Program-made: the position numbers and the translations under genes
From: Selaginella moellendorffii
Lineage: Eukaryota; Plantae; Lycopodiophyta
Direction: 5' to 3'
Assembly: GCF_000143415.4 (NCBI RefSeq)
Contig: NW_003314292.1
Span: forward strand, 598,829-662,828
DNA: 64,000 nt
Notes under the pieces: model-generated
What the model saw: the letters and a program-made list of their open reading frames with translations, nothing else
Told to the model about the DNA's origin: nothing
Databases searched by the model: none
Part shown: positions 1 through 13,355 of the stretch, in pieces
Layout: every line of letters begins with the position of its first letter
How positions within the stretch are numbered: the stretch's first letter is position 1

Positions 1-1477
1 GCCTTTGCTGTTCGAGTACAAAGCTGGCTCGGCTTTCGGGCTCACATAGTTTCCAAAAGACCTCGAACCGGATCCAAACAGGTTTCCACCACGCTTCGAA
101 GTTGAGGGAAGAACTTGCGAGAGCATGGCTGGTAATCTGCTAGAGTGAGCTCCCCATCTGCTAGGGCTGGGCACCTCGCTGCTCATCATGACGTTGTTTG
201 GATTTGGAATCGTCGGTGGTGGTGGAAGCATCGAGTGCTGCTGCTGCTGCTGCTGCTGTTGGGTGATGAGGAACTGTGCATCCATCTCTTGCTTGATCTT
301 GCTCCTGCCTCCAATGAGTTGGGAGCCTCCAAAACCGTCCAGGCTGCTGGTAACTGCTGCTGCTCTCGATGACCAATTGGTGCTCGAATCCATGTTTAAG
401 TGATGGCCCGGCAGCGAGAATTGCTGCTGCTGCTGCTTGATCATCATGTCGTCAATGCTTTCGAATCCAGAAGCAGCGGCCGAGCTCTTGAGAGGACTAA
501 ACTCGGGCCACGGCTCTGACACGGCCTTGTTCAAGAGCTTCATGCTGGAGAAGAAGGCCTCGTTGTCAAGGCTAGCTTCCTCATTCCCGGAGCTCCCTCT
601 GTGCAGACACAAACAAAGAGAATTTAGTTCCCCACGATACGTCCGCAAATCACGGCATGGCTAACGTAAGAAAGAAATAGCAAGAGATTTCGTACATGAG
701 AATGGAGCCCCATGAAGCTGGATTGCCGGAAATCTGATCGGGATCCACCAGGGTGGTGTTCATGGTGGAGGTGAAATCGCTGTGCTCGATCGCCATATGG
801 TGGCTGGGGAGCTGCTCGTTCACTTCTGGAGCCGTGGGGAGGCAACCCAATTGTCCCGGCGACCAGTCTCCACCTTCGAGATCCGGCAAGCCTTGGGTGG
901 ATCCAGCGGTCTGGTTCCAGTTCACGGCTGGGAGCTGATCATCCTGATCTCGCCCGCTCCACCATGATGAGACTGCCGTGCCGCTGCTCGTGACCGGTGG
1001 CGCGGTGGAGCTCAAACTGGACGAAGTTGGAAGCGCGTTCTCTAAGTTGTCACCCATGAAGGAATTAGAAGCAGCACCATTCAAGATCTCGGACCAGCTG
1101 CAAGAAGAGAGCACACGATCAGTAAGAATTCTCTCACACGGCAATCGGATAAGACTATGGAACACTGTGCGGTATAGTGTTTCAAGAACTTACACCGAGG
1201 AATGGATGGCTTGTGGTGGTGGAGCTTGTATGGATGTGGAACATTCAAGATTGGTGGTGGTGGTGGTGGTGGTGCTGTTCGTCGAGGAGCCTTCGGAATT
1301 GAGAGGGCTGTGAGCGACGCTAGCGCAAGCTGTTGCTGCTGATTTCTGCTGTGGATTGCTGGATGCAGATGTGGTGGACGAGAGCAGCAGCTGAGACAGA
1401 TTGACGGCCGCAATTGCTGATTCTGCTCCTGAAAACGGGAACGCATTCAGCAGCCGGCTATCTGCGTGATGCAACAT
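1..1477 (-). CDS. Multi-exon low-complexity N-terminal part of a probable bHLH (subfamily X-like) transcription factor; runs off the window start
   Basis: Exons ~1477-1194, ~1097-695 and ~600-1 join in frame at GT/AG. Poly-Q and poly-T tracts plus WSEILN, SSWWS, KIKQE and LSQVLPST motifs recall bHLH110/112-type N-termini. The bHLH domain itself is not in the window. Confidence 0.5.
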
Positions 1478-1994
1478 CGAGGCGGCGGCGCGAGATCTCT
1501 CGAGAAACACTACTCCGGAGAAGAAAGAGGAGAGTTATAAGTCTTGCTATCGACTGCATCAACCCTTCCCCTCCTCCTAAGAAAGAAAGAAGAAAACGAT
1601 TTTTCTTTGTGGCGAGCCGGGGCCACGGGTCTTGACAAGAGGAAGATCTCCAAACGTCTCCCACCAAGGAGAATTGTTAGAATATATAGCGTGGAGATCG
1701 AACGGGAATTCCTCCCTGGCGCGTTTAGTAACGACAACACAAGAGATTCTTCATTAGCGCTGGAAGAAGAAGAGTGAGAATTTGTAAAATGCGATTGCCA
1801 AACTGGATCCAGCGAGTGATCCCTGCGCTCCACAAATCCAAATAAAATTCTGGGCTTTGACCGGGGCAATCTTTGGAGCGAGACGAACGAGCTCTCTCCC
1901 GAGCAACAAAACAAAGAAGAAGAGGAGTCAACCCAGGCCAATGAGTATATATATGTAGTTATAGTTATCCCAGCATGAATGGGCCATGGATGCC

Positions 1995-2155
1995 CATGCC
2001 ACGTGTCCGCATCATAGCCGTTGGATCCAGTGACGGGCAGGGGTGACGTCAGCCCCCCTCCCGCATTTCGCGGGGGTCGTCACGGGCAGCTGCCCGTCCG
2101 CCATGGCCATGCCACGCGTGCAGCTGTCCGCGTTTTCGAGGGGCCACGCGTGATG
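1995..2155. promoter_or_regulatory. GC-rich proximal element cluster (G-box/C-box) upstream of the bHLH-like gene
   Basis: GCCACGTG (~1998), TGACGTCA (~2044), CACGCGTG twice; TATA-like TATATATA at ~1947 on the gene side. Confidence 0.45.
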
Positions 2156-3454
2156 GTGCCCGCGGGCAGCATCCTCATGGCCCTGGCCGGTATCGAACCC
2201 CCGCCGGACCCCCCGCCCTTGTAAAATATTCCTTTCGCTCTCCCTCCTTTCTTTGGCATTTGATTTTGGAAGCGAAATCTATACGCGACTGGGACAAGAA
2301 TCTGGCGGTTTTTCATATAGTTTTGTGGTTGGCTCTTTGTGCCTCATACAAATCCTTGTGCCACCCTTCATTACAGCCAGTTTTTCCATCAAGTTCTATC
2401 GAATTCTCCCACTTTTTCTAAAGAAGAAGATTTTTTTCTTCGATAGCTACCATGTTACTTAAACATTGCATTGTTTGTGTATGCATTTTTTGGGATCCAG
2501 CATTGGGTCCACACACACACACGGAAACTTGTCTAATCAATCCTCTTCGCATCAAGCAATGTGTTTTTAAAGGGGAAATGAAGGCCAAAAGTATGAAATG
2601 GAAATAACCTCATGGAGATTTAGTATTCTCCATGTTGGTGGTTTAGGGGGTGAAGAGAATAGGATCATCTCGTACATGGATCTCTTTCTGCCTGGCGAGG
2701 ACTATGATCCTATAGGATTGATTTATATGGCATCCATGAATCGAATTGATGGATGGACCTCTCTCTCGACTGCTTTTGATGCTTCCATGCCAATTATTAT
2801 AGAAGCTATCATGTCCCCGCAGCGCATAGGAAGAAATCCCAAGACAAGTTAATCCAACTCTATAGTTTTGTGGGCATAAGTTGACACGTTTTATAGTCAA
2901 GATGGCGAAGCCGGGCAACTTTGATATATAGTTTTGAATGAAATTACTATTGGGAGAAAAAGAAGTAAGCATCAGCAAGGAAACTCTCGCCATATGTCGC
3001 CCCGGAATCTTTACTCGGCATCGCTTGAATGATGAGGACTCTCTTTTTGAAAAGCTTGGGGTGATGATAATAATCTTTTGTACCACCACCTTTGGCCTTT
3101 GGCCACCCGGATTCATTCAACAACTTGGAGCTTAAGAATGAGAAGAGTCGATCTGTAGTTGAAAGCTGGATGGATCCAATAAGTAAATCCATTTGCCCCA
3201 ATCTCTTGCAGCCAGCAGCAAAGCAGTGATTGTTTTGGTCACAAAAGACGCCTGATGCTTGGGAGCCAAGGTTGCAGCTTTAAATCAGAAAAATCGTTTC
3301 AGGAAATCACATTGTCAACCATCAAAGTCAACGCCACCTTTGCAAAAAAGAAATGAAAAACTTAAAGGAGAATGTAAACGCTGGGCATCCGTTGCGTTTG
3401 CCGGAGAACGTGACGGACGGGAGGGACCACAGTTTGACCTCTGGCTTGGGGCCC

Positions 3455-3715
3455 GCTGACGTGTCGTCATATTCCCACGTGGCCTGCCACGTGGGGCCCA
3501 CGTTCCCGCCGACCTACAGATCACCACGTCACGTCAGCCGTTGACGGGTGACGCCCACTTTACCTTTCTTTATTGGTTGACTACTGGCGGTGTGAAAGGG
3601 GAAAGGGGCGGGGGAATTTTACCTACGTGGCACGGCACGCTCCACGTGGGCCCCAGGTCAATAAAGTGACCGACCGACCTGGCATGGGGCCCCATGCGCA
3701 TGTGGCATGGGCCCC
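3455..3715. promoter_or_regulatory. Dense ACGT/G-box and TCP-like site cluster (candidate distal enhancer)
   Basis: About 8 ACGT cores (CCACGTGGC, GCCACGTGGG, CACGTCACGTCA, TACGTGGC, CCACGTGGG) and several GGGCCC/GGCCCA motifs in ~260 bp. Confidence 0.5.
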
Positions 3716-5785
3716 CTTCTTTCTCCCTCCATACCATACAATCATGATGTCCTTGAGAACACTAGATACGACATATACGCTCTCTGCTATACGTACTTTG
3801 GGGAGGTATTAGCCTGGTCAAACCAGTCTTTGGTCAACAAACGGTCTCCTTAAGCAGGAAGATCTCGTTTTCTAGGAATTTGCACCAGTCTTGGCTGGTT
3901 GTTCCAAGTTTTCCAGAAGAAGAACAGGCCACACACATTTCTAGAGTTTTCTTTTTGCAGACAATCACTTTCGCCAGTACTTACTGGTCCCAATCCATGC
4001 CTGATCAGCGAATGAAAGTACTTACTGGTCCCAATCCATGCTTGGTTAGCATATGAAAGTTTTGCCAAATCTTTCACTGCAGAACCATAATCATCGATGA
4101 TCTAGATCTATCGTGATCCAAAACAGCAAGAAGCTCCTAAACATGCTGAAGAAAGAGAGAGGAATATCCATGTGATAACGAATGTGATCGATGGCAACGA
4201 CCCTTCTGAGGAAATGTGCCACCTTTCAGCAACATTGTTAAAAGTTGTACCCACATAGACATCACCACGAGCTTCCCTTTGGAGATCGTGTGGAATATTT
4301 TCCTCTCCCGCTTTGGTGTGACTCTCTAGGCGAGATGCCGCTCTGCACTGAATCCGTTTAATAGATTGAAATATCCCTGCAAGGGACATGGGGAAGGTCC
4401 GTTTCCTCGCTCATCCGAATTCCTCTTCCTCTCCCTCTCAAACTACAGTCTTGATATATCACAACACATGTGTGTGCACAAACATTGAAACACCTATTTG
4501 TTAATCTTTTGAACATTCCAAACAGCATAGACAAATCTATACCGAGACAAGACACCACGACGAAGGCCTATTGCAGCGGATACATAGCGAATCATCACAA
4601 CCTAGCTAGAAAAGCAACTAGAGTCAAACTAGTCAACTAGGAGAACCTCTTCACACCCAAAGAAACGCAAAAGAAATTGCCAAGAACAACAAGAACAAGA
4701 AGAATGTTGATAGATCACCTGTTTCCATATGTGCAAGACAAAACTCAGCATTGACTCTCCACTACTGGGCCGTGGACAAGCACATGAAAATTCCAGGAAC
4801 GCAGCCAAAACTTTGTGACAGTCTATACACTTGGAAAGACTTTTGTGAGTGTATGCGTGTTTAATACCAAAACTTTACACTTCTCCTTTTGCCTGTCCTG
4901 ACTTGTTTACATTGTCTCCCATCTCTTTGGTTGCTTTCAGTAGAAACTAGTCGTAGGGTTTGCAAGCTTTTAGCCTCATTGGCTCGCTGGCAGCTATTGG
5001 AGCTAGAAATGCAAAGATCCCCACGAAGCAGCGACAAATCTGATGAGCTTTGGTCTACGCTGCATACTTTGTAGCGAGAAGGACAATGTATAGAACGACG
5101 AAGTCAATATGTACAATGTCTTTTTTGCATCATGCGAGCCATGGGAGCGACCCAGACCCAGATCATTCTCGTTTCCCCCTATAGAGTATGCCACCTTTTC
5201 AAGTTACTAAGATTCTAGTATGTACTCGCAGGGAAGGAAAATTTCACGTCTCAATCCAAGAGTAAACAGGAATTCAAGCGGCAAGATCAGATCTTGTGCT
5301 GGAAAAAAGTGTTGACGAGAAATTAAGCAAAAGAATCGGATTTTGCTTGAAAGATTTTTTTCTTGTGTTATTGACCCTGAGGTCGTGATGTAATAATCAA
5401 ACCTGCTTTCCACACGAGAAAATCATTCCACTGTGTATTTTTTGTCTTGCCTTGCATCCAAAGCAAGAAAAACAATCCTAAAAAGTAAAAGGAGAAACTC
5501 ACCGGGGCCACGAAACCCTTTCCTTTTACCAGTTCCATACCATCACGGTGATTCTCTCTTCTTCTTTACTGGAAAGAAAACATAGTAAAAGCAAAAACCA
5601 AAAAAATCGTCTTCTTATAAACAATCCAAAGCATCCCTGAGATTCCTTCCACGGGAATCTCCAAAGAGGAAGAACAATATATCAAAGTCCCGCGGTTTTA
5701 TCTGTTAGCAATCACAGCCAGCATAAGAAAAAGAACCAAAGAAAGAAAGAGCAAAGTACCTTAGAGCTCGCGGAGATGGTTTCTC

Positions 5786-6860
5786 TCAATCGGATTTAGT
5801 GGCCAGGCGCTTGGTGATGGCGGCAATGTATTTCCCCTGGTGGAACGCTGTCTCCAGCTCCAGCTTTGATGGTTGCCGAGTCCCGTCCCCGGCCAAAGTT
5901 CCAGCACCGTATGGAGAGCCGCCTTTCACTTGGACCATCTCAAACATCCCAGCGCCAGAAGTGTAGCCGATCGGCACGAAGATCATACCGTGGTGAGCAA
6001 GCTGCGTTATAGCTGTCAACCTGCACGTAAAAAAGAGAAGAGTGAGAGTGAGAGATAAAAACAATCCATGCTTTAGATGCGTGCACGAGAACGAAACGAG
6101 AATGCAATACGTACGCTGTAGTTTCTTGACCGCCTCCTTGGGAGCCAGTGCTGTAAAAGATTCCGGCCGGTTTACCGGCGAGTGTTTGGGCACGCCAGAG
6201 GCCACCAGTGGCATCCATGAAAGCTTTGAATTGTGCAGCCATCATGCCAAATCGCGTGGGAAAGCCGAATATCAGTCCGTCAGCATCAGCGAGCTGGCCA
6301 GGTTGTATGATTGGGACCTCCGACTTTGGAGGTGCTCCCATCTTGCCTAGAACGTCCTCACTTAGTGTTTCTGGCACCTGGAAATTTCGATCGCAAACTC
6401 AGTTACATAGTTTTTTTTCGACCAAGCAAGCAAGCTCTTCTCCATCACTCTCTCCCTCTCTTTTATTTTTCAGTTGACAAACAAGCACGAAAATCTGTGG
6501 CTTACCTGCCAAAGAGAAGCCTCGACACCTTCCACCGAGTTAGCGCCCTTGGTGATCTCCTGAGCCAGCTTCTCAACATGACCATACATCGAGTAGTACC
6601 TGCGCGGCATGGAAAAGAACAAAAACAAAAGTTTGATTCTTCAGTGAGCCAATCAAAAGTAAAACGAGGCATCGCATTGCTAAAGGAAGTCAACCCAGAT
6701 CTGTGTGGATCTAGGGTACCCGAATGCGAGAAACAGGCAATTTGGGGCCGATCCACACAGTTCCAGGGACAATAAAAGCACAAACAACGCGGGAGCAATG
6801 CATCGCTTACAAAGGCAAGAGAGACAGGAAGGCTTACACAATGTAAACTTTGACCGCCAT
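5786..6860 (-). CDS. FQR1: Flavodoxin-like NAD(P)H:quinone oxidoreductase (WrbA family), 4 exons
   Basis: [58 protein letters not shown] motifs. Confidence 0.95.
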
Positions 6861-7051
6861 CGCAAACTTGCTCGAAGATGTAAGAAACGCCTCCCAGACC
6901 AAATCTCCCCTTCTGCCAGAAATGGACAGTTTAAATACAAGCCCAAATTAACTATAGATATACCGTATGTTCGTACGAAATATCGTGAGACGAGAAGGAA
7001 AAGAAAACCACGGCTTTGGTTTGGACCAGGGCTTCGATGGCTACGCCAGCG

Positions 7052-8599
7052 TTACGTAGAAAAAAGGTAGTTTAACAAGTATCCCACGACTTTGATGTTG
7101 AGGCTGTTTCCAAGAAGAGCATATCTGTGCAAGAACCGTAACACAACCAATCTGCAATGAGAACAGCTAAAACGTACCGTTGTTTGATAGATAAGTGATC
7201 AGGAAAGTCGAATCCCTTTGGAAAAGAATGGAAATTTGCAACCTGCAACCTCGAGCATCACAAACATATACAGAAAAAGTCGCAAGGAAATACCTCGCGT
7301 GGTGTGAAATAGCGTAAGCCAGCAGACTGCAACCATGCCAGGTCACTGAGTTCAGCCGGGTCCTTGCTAAAATACTGCGAGCACGAGAGCCATTGTGTTA
7401 GCTCAATCACAGAAAAGAAAAGAAAAGAAATCTTTCCAAAGCTACCTTGTAAAAGGATGGATTTGTGACTAAAATGGAACCAGTGCCTTTGGCATATCGT
7501 GCATAGCTCTTTGTAAAGCAGCAACATCTTCCGGAATCGGGTGTAACAATATCTTTGTCGCCACTGTTAAGAACAACTTCACAAAACGATCAACCAGCTG
7601 TCAAGGATACCATAAGCTTCTCCCCATCTTGCAATTGTAGTGGACGGGACCATATAGTCTTCCATGCAGTCGGAAGGATTTTCCAGGTACTCGCCGACAG
7701 TTTTAGTTTCAACATGGAAGTCCCTGTTGGTGGAAAAATCGAAAGGGCAGGAAACAAGTTGCCCGTTTAAGTCGGAACGTGAAAACTGGAAAGGTTCACG
7801 CTTGGCCTGGAGAAATCGCACGGGTAAGTCATGCTCTCTCTCGAACACCAACGTGATTTACCAGGCAGAAGTAACGGGGCCGAGAATATGGAATCCCAAA
7901 CTGGAGCGGATTGATAATACACTCTTGTATTCTAAAACCGGTGTCTTCGAGCACTTTAATCAGCTGACTTCGTGTATGCGAAGTCTAGGAAAGGAAAAAA
8001 AAGCAAGAAAAACAGACACCGGTGAGGGAGAAAGCAATCGCAACTTAATCCCATTACCTCAAATCCAACAACGTTTTCAATAAAAACATGCGCCGGAGGA
8101 ATCGACAGCGAAGAGATCGTGTCCAAAAGCTTGAGAAAGGACGAAGCTCTAGCGTCGGCAGAATCCTTCTGTAGCCCTGTCCACATTTTCCACATGAAAG
8201 GAATAAAGAGCAAAAGAATCGCACACCTTGTCGAGTGTAAGGCTGACACGGCGGAGAGAGCAGCCATGCGTCGGCCTCGTATTTGTCTAGATCGCTGACG
8301 GAAAGCCTTTGGATATTTCCCTGGATTCTCAAATCAATCAATCCAAAGCACTGTCCTAGCTAGCACACACCTGATTAGGGCGATGGCCGAAATTCCGCTC
8401 GTACACATCGTTGGCGAGCTCGTTTATCTCGAACGCCTCCACGACCGTGGCATCGATCTTGGCCTCCTCGAGTGAGAATCGCTGCAAGAACGAATGCGAG
8501 AGTGTGTGGATCCACGAATCTGCGCGATAATCTCTTTACCAGGCCACCAATGCCGCTGTAGAACTCCAAGACGCGCAGTGGCGCTCCCGCCGGCGCCAT
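7052..8599 (-). CDS. DNMT2: tRNA (cytosine-C5) methyltransferase DNMT2/TRDMT1, multi-exon
   Basis: LEFYSGIGG (motif I), [11 protein letters not shown] (IV), ENVVGF (VI), [22 protein letters not shown] (X). Confidence 0.93.
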
Positions 8600-8965
8600 A
8601 AACCCTAAAAGAAACAAAGAAAATAAAAAGATTGTAACGGAAAGCAAAATTGGGCCAGACACAAATCTTTGAATTTTGGCGCGCCCATAAAAACAAAATA
8701 GAAAAGCTGAGAATATCCTCGGAGATACGTTAGTTGACGTGTCACCCGGTGATTCGCGCAAATCAACGGCGGGGATGGAAGCTCCCTGGAGGAGAAGAAA
8801 ACCCTATTATCGGAGAGCTTGACTTCGTCGTCCCTCCGCGATGGCGTAGCGATTCTTGTAAGTAATCTCAATCCGGGAGCACAGGAATTCTCCCCGCGGC
8901 CCATCGGCATTGCCAGGATTTTCTCCGGAAGCTCTCGGTTTTATGAGGATTTCCAGCTCCCGGGG

Positions 8966-10494
8966 ATGGAGCAGCCACTTCTCGGCAGCCAGCGCCGACC
9001 ATTCTCCTTGCACCGGCTAGTGGTGGAAGATGAAGCAGCGGCTCCGGGGGAAGTGGCAATCCCGATCACACCTCTGGCATTCAAGGAGAAGCTGGTCTAT
9101 GGATCGCTGGAGAGCCCCGCAGGGTTCTATCTCCCCAGGCTTTTCAACGCTTGCGAGGGCCAAGACGAGACAGAGGATTTCTTGAGCCAGGGAGGGTCTC
9201 GGCGAGCATATAATCTATACCCAACCGCGGAGGAAAAACAATGGATGCTTTACTCGAGCAAGAACGGGGATGATGAACAGGAGGAGGAGACGCCGATGGA
9301 GAGAAGGGGCTCTTCTTTTTTCGGTGGCGGTGACGAAACCACTGGACTGCTTGCTACTCTCTCGGGATTATCCAGCGAGTGCTCCGAGACTTTGGAGAAG
9401 CTGCCTGACGCCAAGGAATGCGATCATCCGGGGTTTCCTGTGAAGAGGAAGTACTTGAAAAAATCGCGGACAGCGCCAGCGCTCAACGTAAACTACTCCA
9501 AGCGGGACAAGTCGAAGAAGCTCACGAGGCCAAAGCTGGAGAGCGCCACGACCGTGGTGGTGCAAGCTAGCATCGGGCTCATGATCTATCTCGCTATCGG
9601 GGTCGCGATCTACGTGTGGAGGACGGACGACTTCTCAGGATCTTCGACGTATCCAGTCATCGACGCGCTCTACTTTTGCATCGTGACGATGTGTACCATC
9701 GGCTACGGCGACATCACCCCGACCTCTCCATCGGCGAAGCTCTTCGCGTGCTTCTTCGTGCTCGTTGGTTTCGGCTTCATCGACATACTCCTGAGTGGAA
9801 TGGTGGCCTACGTTCTCGAGCGGCAAGAACACCTCCTTCTCAGTGCTGTGGAGGGGAGTCACCACGAGACGGCCAAGAACTATGTGGTGAACACGGAGAA
9901 GGGGAGGATGAGAATCCGGATGAAAGTCGGCCTAGCGCTCGGGGTCGTGTTCTTCTGCCTCGCGATCGGGACTCTCTTCATGCACTGGATGGAGGAGCTC
10001 GGGTGGCTTGACTCGTTCTATCTCTCCACCATGTCCGTGACGACGGTTGGCTACGGGGATCACACGTTCAAGACTTTCAAAGGCAGGCTTTTTGCTGCGG
10101 GGTGGTTGCTCGTGAGCACTCTGGCGGTTGCTCGGTCGTTTCTGTTTCTAGCCGAGGCGAGGATCGATAAGAGGAACCGATTGATCGCAAAGTGGGTGCT
10201 GCACAGGGAGATGACGGTGGCGGATCTAGTTGCTGCGGACATGGACAACAACGGCTTCGTCACGTAAGCTTTCAAAGTCTTTTTTTTCTCCAGTGATCTT
10301 GACTCAAGTATATATGTTTTCTCGTTGCTGCATACAGGAAGTCCGAGTATGTGATATACAAGCTCAAGGAGATGGGGAAGATCAGTGAGAAGGAGATCAT
10401 GGACGTGTGTAGGCAGTTCAACGTCCTAGACAAGGATTGCTCCGGAAGAATCACGCTCTCTTGTCTGGTCAACGAAGAGAGCACTGTACGATGA
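8966..10494 (+). CDS. TPK: Two-pore (tandem-pore) K+ channel with C-terminal EF hands, 2 exons
   Basis: Two GYGD filters (TIGYGD, TVGYGD), KSRTAP 14-3-3-type motif, DMDNNGFVT and DKDCSGRIT EF hands. Confidence 0.93.
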
Positions 10495-10577
10495 GAGACT
10501 AGTGCTAGAAGTGAAAGTGTATATAAGAGAGTCAGCATCAAGAGTAAAGGAAAGTCACTCTTGTGTAATTGCCGAGA

Positions 10578-10995
10578 TCATCGCTCTCGATGAAGATCAC
10601 GGCGAAGATCGCAGCGAAGATCCTGCCTCCTCGAAAGCGGCGTAGGATCCTCCACTGGTCGGCGCTGGGAGTTTGCACGCTCGGCTCTCTCGGAGGCATC
10701 GCTCACGAGATCCTCGTCTTTCAGGGGTCCATGCCACTCTAGCCAGTGCTTAGAGAGCGGGGACTGCGGGGCGAGTGTCAAGCATTCCACCGGAGTGATC
10801 GTCGCAAGCGATGAGCTCGTTTACCACGCGGTGCGAGTCGGAGACGCTGGTGCTCGGCCTCTACAATTGGAAACTCGTCAGGAGAGTGAGCACCGTGTTT
10901 GTCATTGACGGCGTCCGAGGGAGAGAACAGTGATGAGAACTCCATATCCATAGCTCGACCAAGGCCAGCGGATGATCAAGAATCTCCTGAAAGGC
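10578..10995 (+). pseudogene. Deleted and frameshifted relic paralogous to the gene at 47065-48132
   Basis: Colinear nucleotide blocks match the 47-48 kb gene (RILHWSALG, GSLxGxAHEILVF, STGVIVASDELVY, ETLVLxLYNWKL, SDENS, ELDQG) with internal deletions. Confidence 0.75.
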
Positions 10996-11487
10996 TGCGT
11001 ATGCGAGAACGTACACGTCTCGATCTAGATAGTATCATTCGAGTTTCCAGAAGGTTGTCGCTATCTTGAGCGTCGTAAATTTCTTCTCTCGCTAAAATTC
11101 AAAGGGAATAAGAAGACCCTGGTTGGTGCCTAACTTTGTGACAAACTTCCTGCTAAGTTGATAGCGGCCAAATCTCGCCGCGCACCGATCTTCTTTGAAA
11201 TCATCTAGGGTAGAATATTTTTTTTGAAGGACCGCTTGCTTTCTTTCCGGGTTGGATACGGGGAAGCTCCAAGGAAGCTAGAAAAAGAGAACTTCTAGCC
11301 AGAAGTTTTTTTGTAGAAACGAGAGCTTGCCACGTGGCAATCCCATGCATCACATATCCCAATACTAAAGGAAAAGCGTAGTCTGTAATCCTTTATAGGG
11401 TTTGAGCAATTCATTTCAGAGTGGAAGGATTGGTGTGAGGGAGCAGGGAGCAAATTTCTGCGTGCTGGAGCTTTTCAATCTTTCATC

Positions 11488-11685
11488 ACGGCTTTGAATC
11501 TCAAGTTTCGGAATTCCGTAGGGAGTGTGGATGTTGCCAGGAGTTTCTGCATAGCACGCGTTCTGAGTTCTCCTTCTTTCCACGGTGGTCGCGGGGCCGC
11601 TCCTGCTGCAGGAGGGCACCCATCAGATCTTCTGAATTTGGCTGGGGGCGGTGCCGGAGCTCTGTTTTCTCTTGATTGCCTCTAG
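11488..11685 (+). CDS. Non-AUG (ACG) conserved-peptide uORF of GGP, ascorbate feedback element
   Basis: ATC-ACG-GCT start context; peptide contains HGGRGAAPAAGGHPSDLLNLAGGG, matching the known GGP uORF motif HGGRGALPSEGGSPSDLLFLAGGG. Confidence 0.9.
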   Translation, partial: TALNLKFRNSVGSVDVARSFCIARVLSSPSFHGGRGAAPAAGGHPSDLLNLAGGGAGALFSLDCL

Positions 11686-11736
11686 GCAATCATTTGGCTC
11701 TTGCAACCTTGCAAGGCAAAGTTGAGGACAAATTCA

Positions 11737-13355
11737 ATGGAGTCAAAGATGTTGACAATCAGGAGGATTCCAACAATTGTATCCAACTATCAGGAGAGTC
11801 TTGAATCCAAGATTGGGTGCGGCAAGAATTGTTTGGGATCTTGTTGCATTCCTGGTGAGAGATTTATTTCCTTATATATATGGTTTTCTCATACTTGTTT
11901 ATTTTGCTGTAGGAGCTAGACTGCCTCTTTATCTATTTGGAAATCAGGAATTGGATGAACATGGAGAAATTCAATCAAAAGAGTTGGGGCAAAATTCCTT
12001 TCTTGATTCAGCAATTCTTGGTCAAGTATGCTTTTTTAAAGATTATTTTTATTTAAGTGAATTTAATGTTTTTATGGTGCTATAATATAGTGGGCAGATA
12101 AGCAAGCAGAAGGACTTTTTCGTTATGATGTCACTGCTTGTGATACAAAGGTAATTATTATTTATTTTATAAAGATAATGATATTAATATTATTATAATT
12201 ATAAAGGTCTTACCAGGAAAATATGGCTTTATAGCTCAATTAAATGAGGGCCGACATTTGAAGAAACGTCCAACTGAATTTCGTGTGGATCAGGTTTTAC
12301 AACCTTTTGATCATAAGAAATTCAATTTTACAAAGGTCGGTCAAGAGGAAATGTTATTTTGCTTTGAGCAAAGTAACAATGATAAAAGTTATTATCATTC
12401 AAAAGCATATATTAGAGGTAGCCCAAATGTGGTGGTGATTAATGTAAGTATTTTTTTTTCTTTCTCTTTATATTCTTGATTTTTAAAATTTTTTGTTATA
12501 GGTGAGTCCAATTGAATATGGGCATATATTATTAGTCCCTCGAGTATTGGATTGCATACCACAACATTTAGAGACTGATACATTTCTTTTGGCAATTTAT
12601 ATGGCAGCAGAAGCAAGCAGTCCATTCTTTCGCTTGGGCTATAATAGTTTGGGTGCATTTGCAACAATAAATCATCTCCATTTTCAGGTAATATTATTAT
12701 ATTTTATAATTGTATATTTATTTACTTTATTTTTATAGGCTTATTATTTGGGAAATTGTTTTCCTGTGGAGAAAGCTCCAACCAAATTAATACTTCACCA
12801 CTATAAAGGTTTTAAAGTATATCAACTAGAAAACTATCCAGTTAAGGGTATTGTTTATGAGGTTGGAGAAAGCAACTTTGAAGAATTAGCATTTTATATT
12901 ATCAAGGTTTGCAAGGGGCTTCAAGGACGAAACATTCCTTATAATATTCTTATCGCTAATAAAGGATGTCAAATCTTTTTATTTCCACAGGTAAGATTTA
13001 GATATTATAGTTTTATCATATCATATTAATTATTATTTTTGTTCAGTGTTATGCTGAGAAACAAGCTCGTGGTGAAGTTGATCTTGAGATTTTAGAAACT
13101 CAAGTGAATCCTGCAGTGTGGGAAATAAGTGGTCACATTGTTTTGAAGCGGAAAGAAGATTTTGAGAGGGCCACTGAGGAGTATGCTTGGAGATTACTGG
13201 CAGAAGTTTCAGTATCAGAAAAAGTATTTGACGAGATTATTAAACTTGTCTTCTCCTCAGCAGAAGACAAGTTTGATGCTAAACTCTATCACAAGAGTTT
13301 AATCTCTACAGATATCACTTATTACACCGTGGGGGAGAATGTCATTATGGTGTAG
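11737..13355 (+). CDS. VTC2: GDP-L-galactose phosphorylase, multi-exon
   Basis: MLTIRRIPTIVSNYQ, GCGKNCLGSCC, KKRPTEFRVD, SPIEYGH, HIT-type NHLHFQ, NPAVWEISGH. Confidence 0.95.

Noticed and set aside
2598-3201. Short ORFs on both strands
   Set aside because: No recognisable motif or consistent exon structure
3977-4045. ~26-bp direct repeat (AGTACTTACTGGTCCCAATCCATGC)
   Set aside because: Only two copies; simple local duplication with no further structure
8819-8965. TTG-initiated N-terminal extension of TPK
   Set aside because: ORF-finder artefact; ATG 8966 (MEQPLL) is the more typical start
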